From IMG/VR virus record IMGVR_UViG_3300035208_007100: DNA of 64,000 nucleotides; one strand, written 5' to 3'. The position numbers were made by a program, and so were the translations under genes. Position 1 is the first letter of the stretch. Each line of letters starts with the position of its first letter. Source of the stretch: a virus. The notes under the pieces were generated by a model, which worked only from the letters and a program-made list of their open reading frames with translations, did not search any database and was not told where the DNA came from. Positions 38,474 to 47,589 of the stretch are shown here, piece after piece.

Positions 38474-39255
38474 CTGTGCGGTTCAACCTGCTCTACCATA
38501 TCTACCCACGGCCTTCAGCCATCCTGTTGTTCAATTTGCAAAGGCTGCTGGCCAAGCGAGAGCTGTTCGACGGGAAAGTGCGGATCACGGTCACCAGAAA
38601 CGAACCGAAAGCCAGTCAGGGCCCAGAGCTGCTGCCGTTTGACCGGGTCGCCCACTACCTTGCAAGACACTGGCCGGAAGCGGCGGGCCGGATGGAGATC
38701 TACCCGGTCCCCAACGCCGAAAGTGAAGCGACACCATTCTTTGACCGCCTGCTCCCCTCCGTGTGGTCTACAGACCCGGACGAGGCGACGTTCTTCGCCC
38801 ATGCAAAAGGGACCTCGCCACGACGGGCGAGCAACCGCTTCGTATGGCTCTGGACTTCCTGGCTCTACCAGCACAACCTACGCAGTCGCGCGGAACTGAC
38901 AGAGACTCTCAAGAACTTCGCCGCTGCCGGATGCTTTCAGTACCGTCGGTCGCCGCCTTGCTCTGCGTGTCCGTGGCATTTCTCAGGGACGTTCTTCTGG
39001 TTCAATCATCGCGAAGTGTTTACACGGAACTGGGAGCGGCGACTGGAGACGCGGTACGCTGCAGAAGCTTGGCTAGGAAATCTGCTTCCGCTTGAAGACA
39101 CGCACTGCTTTTATGGCCGAGACCACGGCGCGTTCTACGACTCGGGCCGCATCATTGCGTGGTTGCTCGATCATCGCGAAGCACAGCGACAACTGGGCGA
39201 AGTGGCAGCAGAGATGGCAGAGTGCCAGCGGATGCGACGGCAGTTGATGGATTAA
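38470..39255 (+). CDS. putative glycosyltransferase-like protein, paralog of 24219-24971
   Basis: FFAHAKG, HFSGTFFWF, RYAAEAWLG. Confidence 0.55.
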   Translation: MTVRFNLLYHIYPRPSAILLFNLQRLLAKRELFDGKVRITVTRNEPKASQGPELLPFDRVAHYLARHWPEAAGRMEIYPVPNAESEATPFFDRLLPSVWSTDPDEATFFAHAKGTSPRRASNRFVWLWTSWLYQHNLRSRAELTETLKNFAAAGCFQYRRSPPCSACPWHFSGTFFWFNHREVFTRNWERRLETRYAAEAWLGNLLPLEDTHCFYGRDHGAFYDSGRIIAWLLDHREAQRQLGEVAAEMAECQRMRRQLMD

Positions 39256-39339
39256 CTCCTTCGAGTGAGCGACTTGCTCCGGGGTGGTAATTCTTCGCAA
39301 TTCGACGTTCTCGTTTGTTGCGAAGACTGGATAAACTAT

Positions 39340-39570
39340 AGGACATACCTGCTCGCTGAAGTTTGTCGAGGGCGACGACAGGTTAGGCGGAGCAATGGAC
39401 GGGCAGGAGGTCTGTCTGGCGCTCCAGGCAACCGTGCACTGGCAACACCGAGGCACGGGAGGAGGAGTAACGGATGCGCCCATTTGCCGTTACATTTCCG
39501 ATTGTCTCGCAGCAATCGGACGGGCTCGCACGATAGGGGATGTGCGAGGGCTTCAGATTCGCAGGCGATG
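39340..39570 (+). ncRNA. candidate multi-hairpin non-coding RNA
   Basis: closing stem cctgc..ctgaagttt / gggcttcag..gcagg encloses 5 hairpins. Confidence 0.45.
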
Positions 39571-39643
39571 AGTGATGGATCACACCATGGGGCAGGGACG
39601 CCCTGGGTTTTATTCGCCTTGATTTGCACATGGAGGTGCCCTG

Positions 39644-40474
39644 ATGACGGCCAAGAGACCGCGCACGGAAGCTGACTGCCCCTTTCACGGTCTTGTCACC
39701 AATCCACTCGCACCGAGTCGCGAGGAGGAAAAACACATGGAGACCCGTGTCGGTCGCTTGGAAGGTGTGGTTGAAACGCTGACGCAGGACGTACAGGAGG
39801 TCGCCCGTAGTGTCGGCACGTTGGGCAAAGAGATCGGCAATCTCCGCGACATCATCAGCGAGAAAATCGACTTGGTAACGGAGCGGATGGGCACCGCAAC
39901 CAAGACCAACTGGGGCAACGTCGCAGCCTGGGCCGCAGTGATTGTGACCATCGTGGGGCTGGCCGGAACGCTGGTGGCTGTGGGGATCTCCGGGCTGGGT
40001 GCCAGTATCGCCGAGGCCAAGGCCAAAGCAGTGTCGCTCGACGAGCGGGCGTACCAGGCTCAGTATGAGAAAGGAAAAAGCGACGCGATCGCTTCCGAGG
40101 CCGCTCGTCGCATGACAGACATTGAGATCGGCGCGCAGCGGGAGGTAACGCTAGCGTTGGCTGCTACCGATGCCAAGATCAAGGGGCTCGACGACAAGAC
40201 ACAATCGGAGTTGCAGGCGACTCGGCAGGACTTGGACAGCTACGCCGCGATGCTTACCGAGCAGATCCTGGACTTGCGACGATGGCGATTGGACCATGCG
40301 GAGCAGAACGGGGAATTCCAGGGCCGAGTGGCCGCCAAGCAGTTGATAACCGAGGAGTCGCTGAAGAGGCTCGACGACCGGCAGCTCAACTATCGCATGG
40401 AGCGGCTGCGGATGCTGGAGCAGGCGGAGGTCGATGACCAGCGAGAACTGGTGAAAGGCAAGCCACGGAAGTAG
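39644..40474 (+). CDS. membrane protein with coiled coils
   Basis: one central TM segment; RBS before both ATG39644 and ATG39737. Confidence 0.7.
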   Translation: MTAKRPRTEADCPFHGLVTNPLAPSREEEKHMETRVGRLEGVVETLTQDVQEVARSVGTLGKEIGNLRDIISEKIDLVTERMGTATKTNWGNVAAWAAVIVTIVGLAGTLVAVGISGLGASIAEAKAKAVSLDERAYQAQYEKGKSDAIASEAARRMTDIEIGAQREVTLALAATDAKIKGLDDKTQSELQATRQDLDSYAAMLTEQILDLRRWRLDHAEQNGEFQGRVAAKQLITEESLKRLDDRQLNYRMERLRMLEQAEVDDQRELVKGKPRK

Positions 40475-40478
40475 TTCC

Positions 40479-41330
40479 ATGTCACGTCCGGCCGCATGCT
40501 ACATCGAACCTACGAACATCTGCAATTTGCACTGCCCCACGTGCGCGAGCCGGGTGGACGGGCGGCCCAAAGGGCACATGGACTGGAACCTGTTCCGCAA
40601 GGCCGTCGATCAGCGACCCTGTGCCGCGATCCACATGTACTACGGGGGCGAGCCGTTGTTGCACCCTCGCATCGTGGACATGGTGGAGTACGCGGAGCGA
40701 CTGGGCGTCTGCCGCGTCTGCACCAATGGCCACTTGCTGACGGAGGCGATGGCCAAGGCGTTCGTGAAGATGGGGCTGTACGAGCTGTCGTTCAGCCTCG
40801 ACGCTGTGGAGTCCGGGGTCTACCAAGCTGTTCGCGGTGTCGGGCTTTCCCGTGTCATGGAAAACATCCATATGATGCGGCGTGTGCGAGGGTCCGCCAC
40901 TTTGCCGCGGCTGCTTGCTGAGTTCATTCGCTTCGAGGGTCAGCCTGACCAGATGACAGCCGCCCATGAAGCTTTGGCGGGCCAGGTCGACATCATCCGC
41001 GACAAGCGACAGCTGCAGTATCCGCTGTTGACCCCCGACTTCGTCCCTTCCACCCGCCCGTGTTTCCAGATCGACCAGTTTGTTGCGGTCCTGTGGGACG
41101 GCCGCGTGACCCCGTGCTGCCTGGACTTGGGAGCCCAGTGTGTTGTCGGGGACCTCAACCGGCAGTCGATGAGTGAAATTCTCGACGGACCCGCGATGCA
41201 GTCTGTCTACTCACTGTGCCGTGCAGGGTTGCAAGACCGCTTGGTTCTGTGCGCTCATTGTGTATCTGCCGACGCGCTCAACGATGGTCCCTATTGGGGA
41301 GCCCAGGCATCGCCAGGTACAATGGCGTGA
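40479..41330 (+). CDS. radical SAM/SPASM protein
   Basis: CNLHCPTC, GGEPLLHP, TNG; DGRVTPCC..CAHC. Confidence 0.9.
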   Translation: MSRPAACYIEPTNICNLHCPTCASRVDGRPKGHMDWNLFRKAVDQRPCAAIHMYYGGEPLLHPRIVDMVEYAERLGVCRVCTNGHLLTEAMAKAFVKMGLYELSFSLDAVESGVYQAVRGVGLSRVMENIHMMRRVRGSATLPRLLAEFIRFEGQPDQMTAAHEALAGQVDIIRDKRQLQYPLLTPDFVPSTRPCFQIDQFVAVLWDGRVTPCCLDLGAQCVVGDLNRQSMSEILDGPAMQSVYSLCRAGLQDRLVLCAHCVSADALNDGPYWGAQASPGTMA

Positions 41331-41355
41331 GGCCTTTTTCTCAGGAGATTTACTC

Positions 41356-41772
41356 ATGCCGCAACTGCCGCGAATTGTCGCACCGGCCGCGTTGACTGTC
41401 CCCGAGATCGTCTACCCCGACCTGTACATCGTCAGCCTCTACAGCGTGGTGGAGGACCGCCTGTCGATGCGGCAGAGTCTGCGACTCACGTTGCAAGCCT
41501 ACAACCACGACACGCAACAGGTGAGCTGGTCGCCGGAGCATCAGACCAAGGTGGACATTTTGGACGTGTTCACGGAGTCCGCTCGCGTGCCCCGGCTAGG
41601 CGCTGTGATGGCTGAGATCAGCGCCACCATCAACCTCTACCTGCAAGAGAAAGCCCTCCGCGCCGCGTACACTACGCTAATAGGCACGGCGGGCTTCGAC
41701 ATGGCCGTAGCGGACGCTCTGCGAGCCGATCTGCACGAGGTGGAGACCGCGCTGGGCATGCCTCTGACCTAG
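41356..41772 (+). CDS. hypothetical protein
   Basis: AGGAG RBS. Confidence 0.65.
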   Translation: MPQLPRIVAPAALTVPEIVYPDLYIVSLYSVVEDRLSMRQSLRLTLQAYNHDTQQVSWSPEHQTKVDILDVFTESARVPRLGAVMAEISATINLYLQEKALRAAYTTLIGTAGFDMAVADALRADLHEVETALGMPLT

Positions 41773-41788
41773 TCTCTTCTCGGCAAGG

Positions 41789-43567
41789 ATGCCCATGAGC
41801 CTGCTCCGCCCGGAAATGCAGCTACAGGCCGCACAACAGCTGTACCAGCTCGGCAAAGAGGCGGCCACTACGACGGTGGCCCGCGAGCATGCGCTGTCCG
41901 GTCGACTGTACTTGTCGCAGTCTGGCTGGCTGTTGCTGGCCGTGCCCAACGCAATTACGCGAGGGGCTTTTGCCGCCCTGCATGAGCCCGGGACCGAGCT
42001 GTCGCCAGGCGCGGGCGACGGGCCCCACAACGCGCACATCTCCGTGATGAACGAAGACGAGGTGATGCGCATTGGCGGCGGTGATGTGATCACGGAGCGT
42101 GGCCGTGTGTTCCGTTACAGCCTGGGCCAGGTGAGGATCATCACCAACCCTGCGGGCTGGTCCGAGATGAGCAAGGTCTGGGTGTTGGAAGTGAAGAGCC
42201 CGGAACTTCGCGAGCTGCGGCGGAGCTATGGCCTCCCCTCGGAACCCGACGGCAAACCCTTCCACCTTTCGTTTGCCGTTCGACGGCGGAACGTGCTGCA
42301 GGAGGGTGAGGTACGCAAGGCAGCCGAGGAGGACCGGCCGATTAAGGTGCCGCTCCCCTTCGTGCGTCAAGGGAAGAACTACACCTGCGGCAACGCATCG
42401 CTGGAAGCCGTGAACGCCGGAATGGGGGGTAAGCCCACTTCCGAGCAAGAGCTGGAAGAGGAGATGGGCACCACGTCGGCCGCAGGGACCTCGCCAGAGG
42501 CGATTGTAGCCCAGGCCAAGGAACTGGGTCTGGAAGCCCAGCTGCACGAGCGGATGACCCCAGAACAGCTCCAGCGAGCCCTGGACAGCGATAAGGCGGT
42601 CATTTGTGACATCCAGGCGTGGGGCGACCCTGCGAACTACCCCAAATTGCTGGAAGGGCACTACGTCGCTGCGGTGGGGTACGACGAGACCAATTACTAC
42701 TTTATGGATCCGAGCATCGACGATGAGTTCGGGTTCATCCCCAAGGACGAGATGGGTGCCCGGTGGGCCGACCAGGAAGGGCCCGAGCCGGGCAAGGGCA
42801 AAACGTACCGTCGCGCGGGGATCGTGATCTGGAAGCCCGGCCGGTCGTTGACGGACGAGCCGGTGGGCAAGGCCGAGAAGATCGCGGACAGCCTGGAAGA
42901 TCTACCGACCCTGGCTCGCCGCGTGCTTCGCCGAGTGAATCCCAATCGGCCACTCAGCCGCGATCTGCTCCGTTTCGGCGGCGTGATGTACATGCTGGCC
43001 TCGTTACGCGGAAGAGAAAAGCGGGGCGAGCTTGAGGACTTGATCGAGTGCAAGCTGGCCGAGCTTCCCTATCGCGACCGTGTGGAGGCTTTCGGCCTGA
43101 ACCCGGCAGGCAAGGTGCTGGGCGGCTACTATGAAGACGACAAGACCCATGGCGTGTTTGGTGGTGGCGTAGACGAGGGCGAGACACCAGAACAGGCAGC
43201 GGCTCGCGAGTTCCGGGAAGAGGCGGGCTACAACCTGTTGAACCCGCGACTGCTCCCCGTGGAGCCGATGACGTTCGACTGGAAGCCGCCCTACGACACA
43301 CCACAACAAGCCGAGCGTGCCAAACAGTTCAAAGGTAGTCGCACTTTCTTCGCAGCCGGTCGTGTGGGTCAACAGTTGCCCGAGGGAGCTGTCGAGCCGT
43401 CGTGGCTCAATGCGATCCGTTTTCGCGAGATGGCCACGGCGCTGCGACGGACCCGACCCGAACAGGCCCAGTACCCCGAGTTGGCGATCCGGCGGCGGCA
43501 GGCCCTCATGCACTTGTTGAAGGAACGACGCGATGCCGCACGGACTGCGACCCCTCAACCACGCTGA
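41789..43567 (+). CDS. multidomain protein: 2H phosphoesterase + C39 peptidase + NUDIX hydrolase
   Basis: HISV/HLSF; Q..YTCG..GHYV..DPS; GGGVDEGETPEQAAAREFREEAG. Confidence 0.85.
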   Translation: MPMSLLRPEMQLQAAQQLYQLGKEAATTTVAREHALSGRLYLSQSGWLLLAVPNAITRGAFAALHEPGTELSPGAGDGPHNAHISVMNEDEVMRIGGGDVITERGRVFRYSLGQVRIITNPAGWSEMSKVWVLEVKSPELRELRRSYGLPSEPDGKPFHLSFAVRRRNVLQEGEVRKAAEEDRPIKVPLPFVRQGKNYTCGNASLEAVNAGMGGKPTSEQELEEEMGTTSAAGTSPEAIVAQAKELGLEAQLHERMTPEQLQRALDSDKAVICDIQAWGDPANYPKLLEGHYVAAVGYDETNYYFMDPSIDDEFGFIPKDEMGARWADQEGPEPGKGKTYRRAGIVIWKPGRSLTDEPVGKAEKIADSLEDLPTLARRVLRRVNPNRPLSRDLLRFGGVMYMLASLRGREKRGELEDLIECKLAELPYRDRVEAFGLNPAGKVLGGYYEDDKTHGVFGGGVDEGETPEQAAAREFREEAGYNLLNPRLLPVEPMTFDWKPPYDTPQQAERAKQFKGSRTFFAAGRVGQQLPEGAVEPSWLNAIRFREMATALRRTRPEQAQYPELAIRRRQALMHLLKERRDAARTATPQPR

Positions 43568-44672
43568 TCCGGGCGACCTCGCCAAGCTCCAGGCCGGGCA
43601 GCTGCTGGATTTCATCGTCCAGGAACACAACGCCCAGCGAGCCGGAAAGCACTACGACGTGCGGTTCGGCAATCCTGAGATGGGCCTTTACAGCTGGGCG
43701 ACGCGCAAGGGGCTTCCCGAGCCCGGCAAGAGCCACGCGTTGTTCCAACAGCCCGTCCACGACCACTCCTACGGCGACTTCCAGGGCACGCTTCGCGGCT
43801 ATGGGGCGGGCGAGGTCCGTCAGCATTTGAAGGGACAGATCCGCCTGGAGAAGGCATCCCCCACCAAGATCGTGTTCACGCTGGGTGACGGCGAGCAGGC
43901 GAAACGCTATGCTTTGGTCAAGCCACAGCTTTTCGGGGCGAAGCAGTGGTTACTCGTCAACACGGCCAAAAGGGAGTCCAATGAGCAACCCACAGATCGA
44001 CGCGGGGCTGCAACTGCTACTGGACAGCCAGGGGATTCCACGGGAACTACAGCAACCGATCTCCCTGTGCGAACAACGCTGCGCGACGGCGGCGGATCTA
44101 CTGGCCTGGCACGAGGCCCAGCGGGACCGGTTAGCAGTCACGGCGGCGATGACCTCGCGATGACAGAGGAAGGTCATGGACAACAACTTCTGCAGGCGGC
44201 TGTGCCGGATCTGTCGCAAGGTGGAGGAGACGTGCCCGCGAAACCTGCGAATTCGGCAGGTGATGCAGGCATGCCAGGAGGCGAAGCAAGCGGGCAACCT
44301 TCGCCAGTTCTTCGCGACCTCCCCGACCCCTCCCTTAAAGACCCTTTAACGGAGGACGAACCGTTAAAGAAAACGCCCGAAAATTTTAAGACCGCGGGCG
44401 ACCCTTTCTACCTGCGTGCCCTCCGCGCCCAGCTCTGGCAGCCACGGTGGGATGCGAACCAGGGCGTGTTTCGCAACGTCCTCTCCAACATCGGCGATAC
44501 GTTTCGCCGCGGCCAGGAGTTCGTTGACCAAGCGCACGCGGTGCAGGACCTGCAGACGCACACGTCGGCGGATCGCACGCGACGTGTGCTACAATCGCTC
44601 CACGGAATTGATACAGCAGTGCCGGACCCGGTGGACCAGACGCTGTTCAACCGACGGCCCTGGTGGGTGTGA
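43533..44672 (+). CDS. LigD-type 3'-phosphoesterase domain protein with C-terminal extension
   Basis: FIVQEH.A...HYDVR, SWA, H..Y.DFQG..GYGAGEV. Confidence 0.8.
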   Translation: MPHGLRPLNHADPGDLAKLQAGQLLDFIVQEHNAQRAGKHYDVRFGNPEMGLYSWATRKGLPEPGKSHALFQQPVHDHSYGDFQGTLRGYGAGEVRQHLKGQIRLEKASPTKIVFTLGDGEQAKRYALVKPQLFGAKQWLLVNTAKRESNEQPTDRRGAATATGQPGDSTGTTATDLPVRTTLRDGGGSTGLARGPAGPVSSHGGDDLAMTEEGHGQQLLQAAVPDLSQGGGDVPAKPANSAGDAGMPGGEASGQPSPVLRDLPDPSLKDPLTEDEPLKKTPENFKTAGDPFYLRALRAQLWQPRWDANQGVFRNVLSNIGDTFRRGQEFVDQAHAVQDLQTHTSADRTRRVLQSLHGIDTAVPDPVDQTLFNRRPWWV

Positions 44673-44692
44673 TTCTCCGCACGTGCGTAATT
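44672..44692 (-). promoter_or_regulatory. copy 4 of recurring motif (reverse, variant)
   Basis: reverse complement AATTACGCACGTGCGGAGAAT, immediately before the RBS of 44706. Confidence 0.5.
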
Positions 44693-44705
44693 TTGGGAGG
44701 GACTC

Positions 44706-45155
44706 ATGGCCAAGGAATGTCCGCGATGGATGCGAAGACTTATCCACTCGCTCGCTCGCGAGGTGGATGCGGAGTACCCAGACGTTTCGCTTGGGTGGTG
44801 CTACCGCTACCGACCGAAGGCAAAGTGCCCCTGGCGTCTCGCCGTCTTCCCCACGCGGCTGGAGGTGCGAGAGGCCGGGCCGGACGATGGCCGCACCTTC
44901 CGCACCGGCTTTGGCTTGTGCATCACGGCGTTGTCCGAGCTGTTCGACGATGCACCCCACATCGACTGGGTGGCTCCAGCACGCTATCATGGAGAGTTGG
45001 ACGGGCCGCACATGATTTTCCGTGGAATGTACCGGGGCCATCGCCTCACGCTGCAGGTCTTTGACCGCGCGCCCCGGTCCTATCCCACGGTCACCATCTT
45101 CGACACCGCCACGGGAACCTGCAAGCCACATGTACAGGACCAGACCGATGGGTAA
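44706..45155 (+). CDS. hypothetical protein
   Basis: GGAGG RBS; GPDDG, GPH..G.Y.G..L.V. Confidence 0.7.
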   Translation: MAKECPRWMRRLIHSLAREVDAEYPDVSLGWCYRYRPKAKCPWRLAVFPTRLEVREAGPDDGRTFRTGFGLCITALSELFDDAPHIDWVAPARYHGELDGPHMIFRGMYRGHRLTLQVFDRAPRSYPTVTIFDTATGTCKPHVQDQTDG

Positions 45156-45471
45156 GATTGACTGGGGTGCCGCTGCGGTTCTCGTGCCGACTCTGCTGGC
45201 CCTGCTGGGCTGGGGCATCTCCATCGAGGTTCGACTGTCGCGGCAGAGCGAGGCGAAAGAGCTGTCGACGCGGATACAGAACCTGGAAACTCTGATGCTG
45301 CCCCTGCTCGTCGACTGGAAAGTGGAGCAGGAGCTGAAGAAGCACGCTGCGGAGCCGCCAGCACCAGCTCCCGTGCTTCCACGAATCTCGCCGCCAAAGG
45401 AAGAGCGGTTGAGGGTCGACGCCAAAAAGTGGGCGGAGGGTGCGGTACAACAGCGCGCCCCGGAGAAGTAA
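45148..45471 (+). CDS. membrane-anchored hypothetical protein
   Basis: N-terminal TM followed by a coiled coil. Confidence 0.6.
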   Translation: MGKIDWGAAAVLVPTLLALLGWGISIEVRLSRQSEAKELSTRIQNLETLMLPLLVDWKVEQELKKHAAEPPAPAPVLPRISPPKEERLRVDAKKWAEGAVQQRAPEK

Positions 45472-45485
45472 CCAGGGAGGCACGG

Positions 45486-46625
45486 ATGCCTGTCGCGCTT
45501 GCAGGGCTGTTCGACGTCGCTCACCAACTTGCTTGGCGGGATGTCCCTGCGCAAGGCATGGCCTTGGCCCAGCGCTGTGAGAAGGTCGCCAAGGCCGTGC
45601 AGCAGGTGATGTTCGGCCAGCCCGGCTGGATCGCCGTCGAGTACATGCCCAATGACTACTCCGCCGCCAGCGAGAACCTGACGCTGAACGTGCTTAAATC
45701 GGCCAACGGACCGCAGCTTCGCGAACAGCTCTTCGAGAAGACAGGTCGGTCTGTGATTGTTCGCACGTGGGACGATGTGTCGAATTATTGTCCTTCGGAG
45801 TGGAGCGAGCGGAACATCAAGGTGGCGATGGCCCCGCTGTCTGTGCTCGCGGCAAGAGAGAAGCGGGCCTACTCCAAGAACCTTCGAGGACTGATGTCGG
45901 TCCTCGGCTGGAATCCGGACACGATGCGGTTCCCTGGATGGCCCAGCCCCGCCGCCGCCATGCTGGCCACGGGCGCCCTCGGGGCCGGTGCGGGGTACGG
46001 TGTCGGCATGCTGGGCGAGCACTTGCTCCCTTCGACATGGCAACGCAACAAGCTGCGAAAGACGATGGCCATTATCGGCGGGCTGGGCGGGGCTGCCACT
46101 GCTGTGCCGTGGATGGCGGCCAATGTGGGCAGCGGTAAGGAGATCACCGACGGCTGGCCGTTGGACACCCCGCCGATCCTGAACTACGACGAGATGGGGA
46201 AACAGTCGGAGGAGTACGACATCTTCCGCGACGACGCACGACATACGGACATCCACGGAGACTTGAACGTCTACGGCCGGATCAACTCGATGCCCGACAT
46301 CGACGTGCCCCGGTTCACGAACACAGTGTGGAATGATCCCTATGTCGCATCCCGACTTACACCGCACGAGCAAGCCGCGGCTGCCGGTTTGATGCTCGGC
46401 GCGTCGCACTTGGCCGGGGGAGGCCAACCCGCTAGACTGATCACACCGTGGGACGTCGGAAAGATGACGGCCGGAATGGGCACCGGATACCTTGCTGGAG
46501 CCTTGATCGGAAAGACCCTCGGAGTGCTGGCGGGAATGCCGGACGAGACCCAGAACACTCTCAAACGTACAGGGATGTGGGCCGGGGCGGTTTCCACACT
46601 GCTGCCGCTGGCTTTTGGAGCATAA
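45486..46625 (+). CDS. putative virion protein with Gly-rich hydrophobic segments
   Basis: GGAGG RBS; KVA, KSA, EKRA, KQS motifs. Confidence 0.6.
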   Translation: MPVALAGLFDVAHQLAWRDVPAQGMALAQRCEKVAKAVQQVMFGQPGWIAVEYMPNDYSAASENLTLNVLKSANGPQLREQLFEKTGRSVIVRTWDDVSNYCPSEWSERNIKVAMAPLSVLAAREKRAYSKNLRGLMSVLGWNPDTMRFPGWPSPAAAMLATGALGAGAGYGVGMLGEHLLPSTWQRNKLRKTMAIIGGLGGAATAVPWMAANVGSGKEITDGWPLDTPPILNYDEMGKQSEEYDIFRDDARHTDIHGDLNVYGRINSMPDIDVPRFTNTVWNDPYVASRLTPHEQAAAAGLMLGASHLAGGGQPARLITPWDVGKMTAGMGTGYLAGALIGKTLGVLAGMPDETQNTLKRTGMWAGAVSTLLPLAFGA

Positions 46626-46653
46626 CACATCAAGGACGAAAGGAGACCCAGGG

Positions 46654-47142
46654 ATGGGTCAGCTCATTCTCAAGGCCCCCAAGCGCGCTTCCGTTTACTT
46701 TGGCGGGAACGCCAACGTCGCCCAGCAGTTCCCTCTGTGGGGCAAAGGCAACGTGGTCCGCTACTGGGCCGAGCGTGGCCTGGTGCACTGGGAAGACAGT
46801 AAGGATGGTGCCTACGGGAGCATGTTCTGGCAAGAGGCCTCGCTGCGAGTGATCGGCCTCAGCGACATGGTCAACAACTCCCGCGATGAGGGGTTGTATT
46901 CCGACGAGATCTACAAGACCCAGAAGTTCATTTGCGAGATGGAGAAGGTGATCCGCCAGGCCAAAGAGCAGGGTGGACCCTTGGACGGCCAGTCCACGAT
47001 CAACGACGTCAATCGCCGCCGTCGCACCATCCACTTAATGAAGCAGCCGCCGCGGGCCACGGTGGCCCACGACTCACTGGAGTTCAAACCTGCCCGGCCT
47101 GCCCGACGTGATCCGCACGCGAAGAAGTCCAAAGCGTCCTGA
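46654..47142 (+). CDS. hypothetical protein
   Basis: AAGGAG RBS. Confidence 0.65.
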   Translation: MGQLILKAPKRASVYFGGNANVAQQFPLWGKGNVVRYWAERGLVHWEDSKDGAYGSMFWQEASLRVIGLSDMVNNSRDEGLYSDEIYKTQKFICEMEKVIRQAKEQGGPLDGQSTINDVNRRRRTIHLMKQPPRATVAHDSLEFKPARPARRDPHAKKSKAS

Positions 47143-47160
47143 CGCCAAGGAGGGTGTCCT

Positions 47161-47589
47161 ATGCCGCTTACCGCTCGCCAAGCCTTCAAAGTCGCCTTCC
47201 TTCAGCGATGCGCCGAACGTGGGCTGTCGATGGAGGAAACACACCAGCTGGTGAAAACCGCCATCGTGTCGCTGGAAAAGCAATCATTCGATCCGCTGGA
47301 CTTCGCCATCAACACCGGCAAGTCCATCGCGGGGATGGGCGTCGACACGGTCGGTGCGTTGGGTAGCGCTGCTGTGCCCTTGGCCTTGCTGGGCCCGCCT
47401 GCGGTGGGTGGCCTGGCCGCCTACACAGCCGCCCAGCTGTCCGACGTGGACGATGACGACATCACCGACATCAAGCTGCGGGAGAAGGTGGATGCCTATC
47501 GCCGGGCAGCCGAGACGGCAAGGGCACGCACGGCACAGACCCGGCAACAGTCGCAGCGGTCGTCCCGGAGGTTTCGCTCCCCGCTATGA
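47161..47589 (+). CDS. putative virion protein
   Basis: AAGGAGG RBS; AFKVAF..C, KTA, EKQS. Confidence 0.6.
   Translation: MPLTARQAFKVAFLQRCAERGLSMEETHQLVKTAIVSLEKQSFDPLDFAINTGKSIAGMGVDTVGALGSAAVPLALLGPPAVGGLAAYTAAQLSDVDDDDITDIKLREKVDAYRRAAETARARTAQTRQQSQRSSRRFRSPL

Noticed and set aside
44589..46628. 679-aa minus-strand ORF (also 59583-61370, 10207-11484, 15192-16409 and similar)
   Set aside because: Antisense shadows of GC3-biased plus-strand genes, with no motifs or RBS
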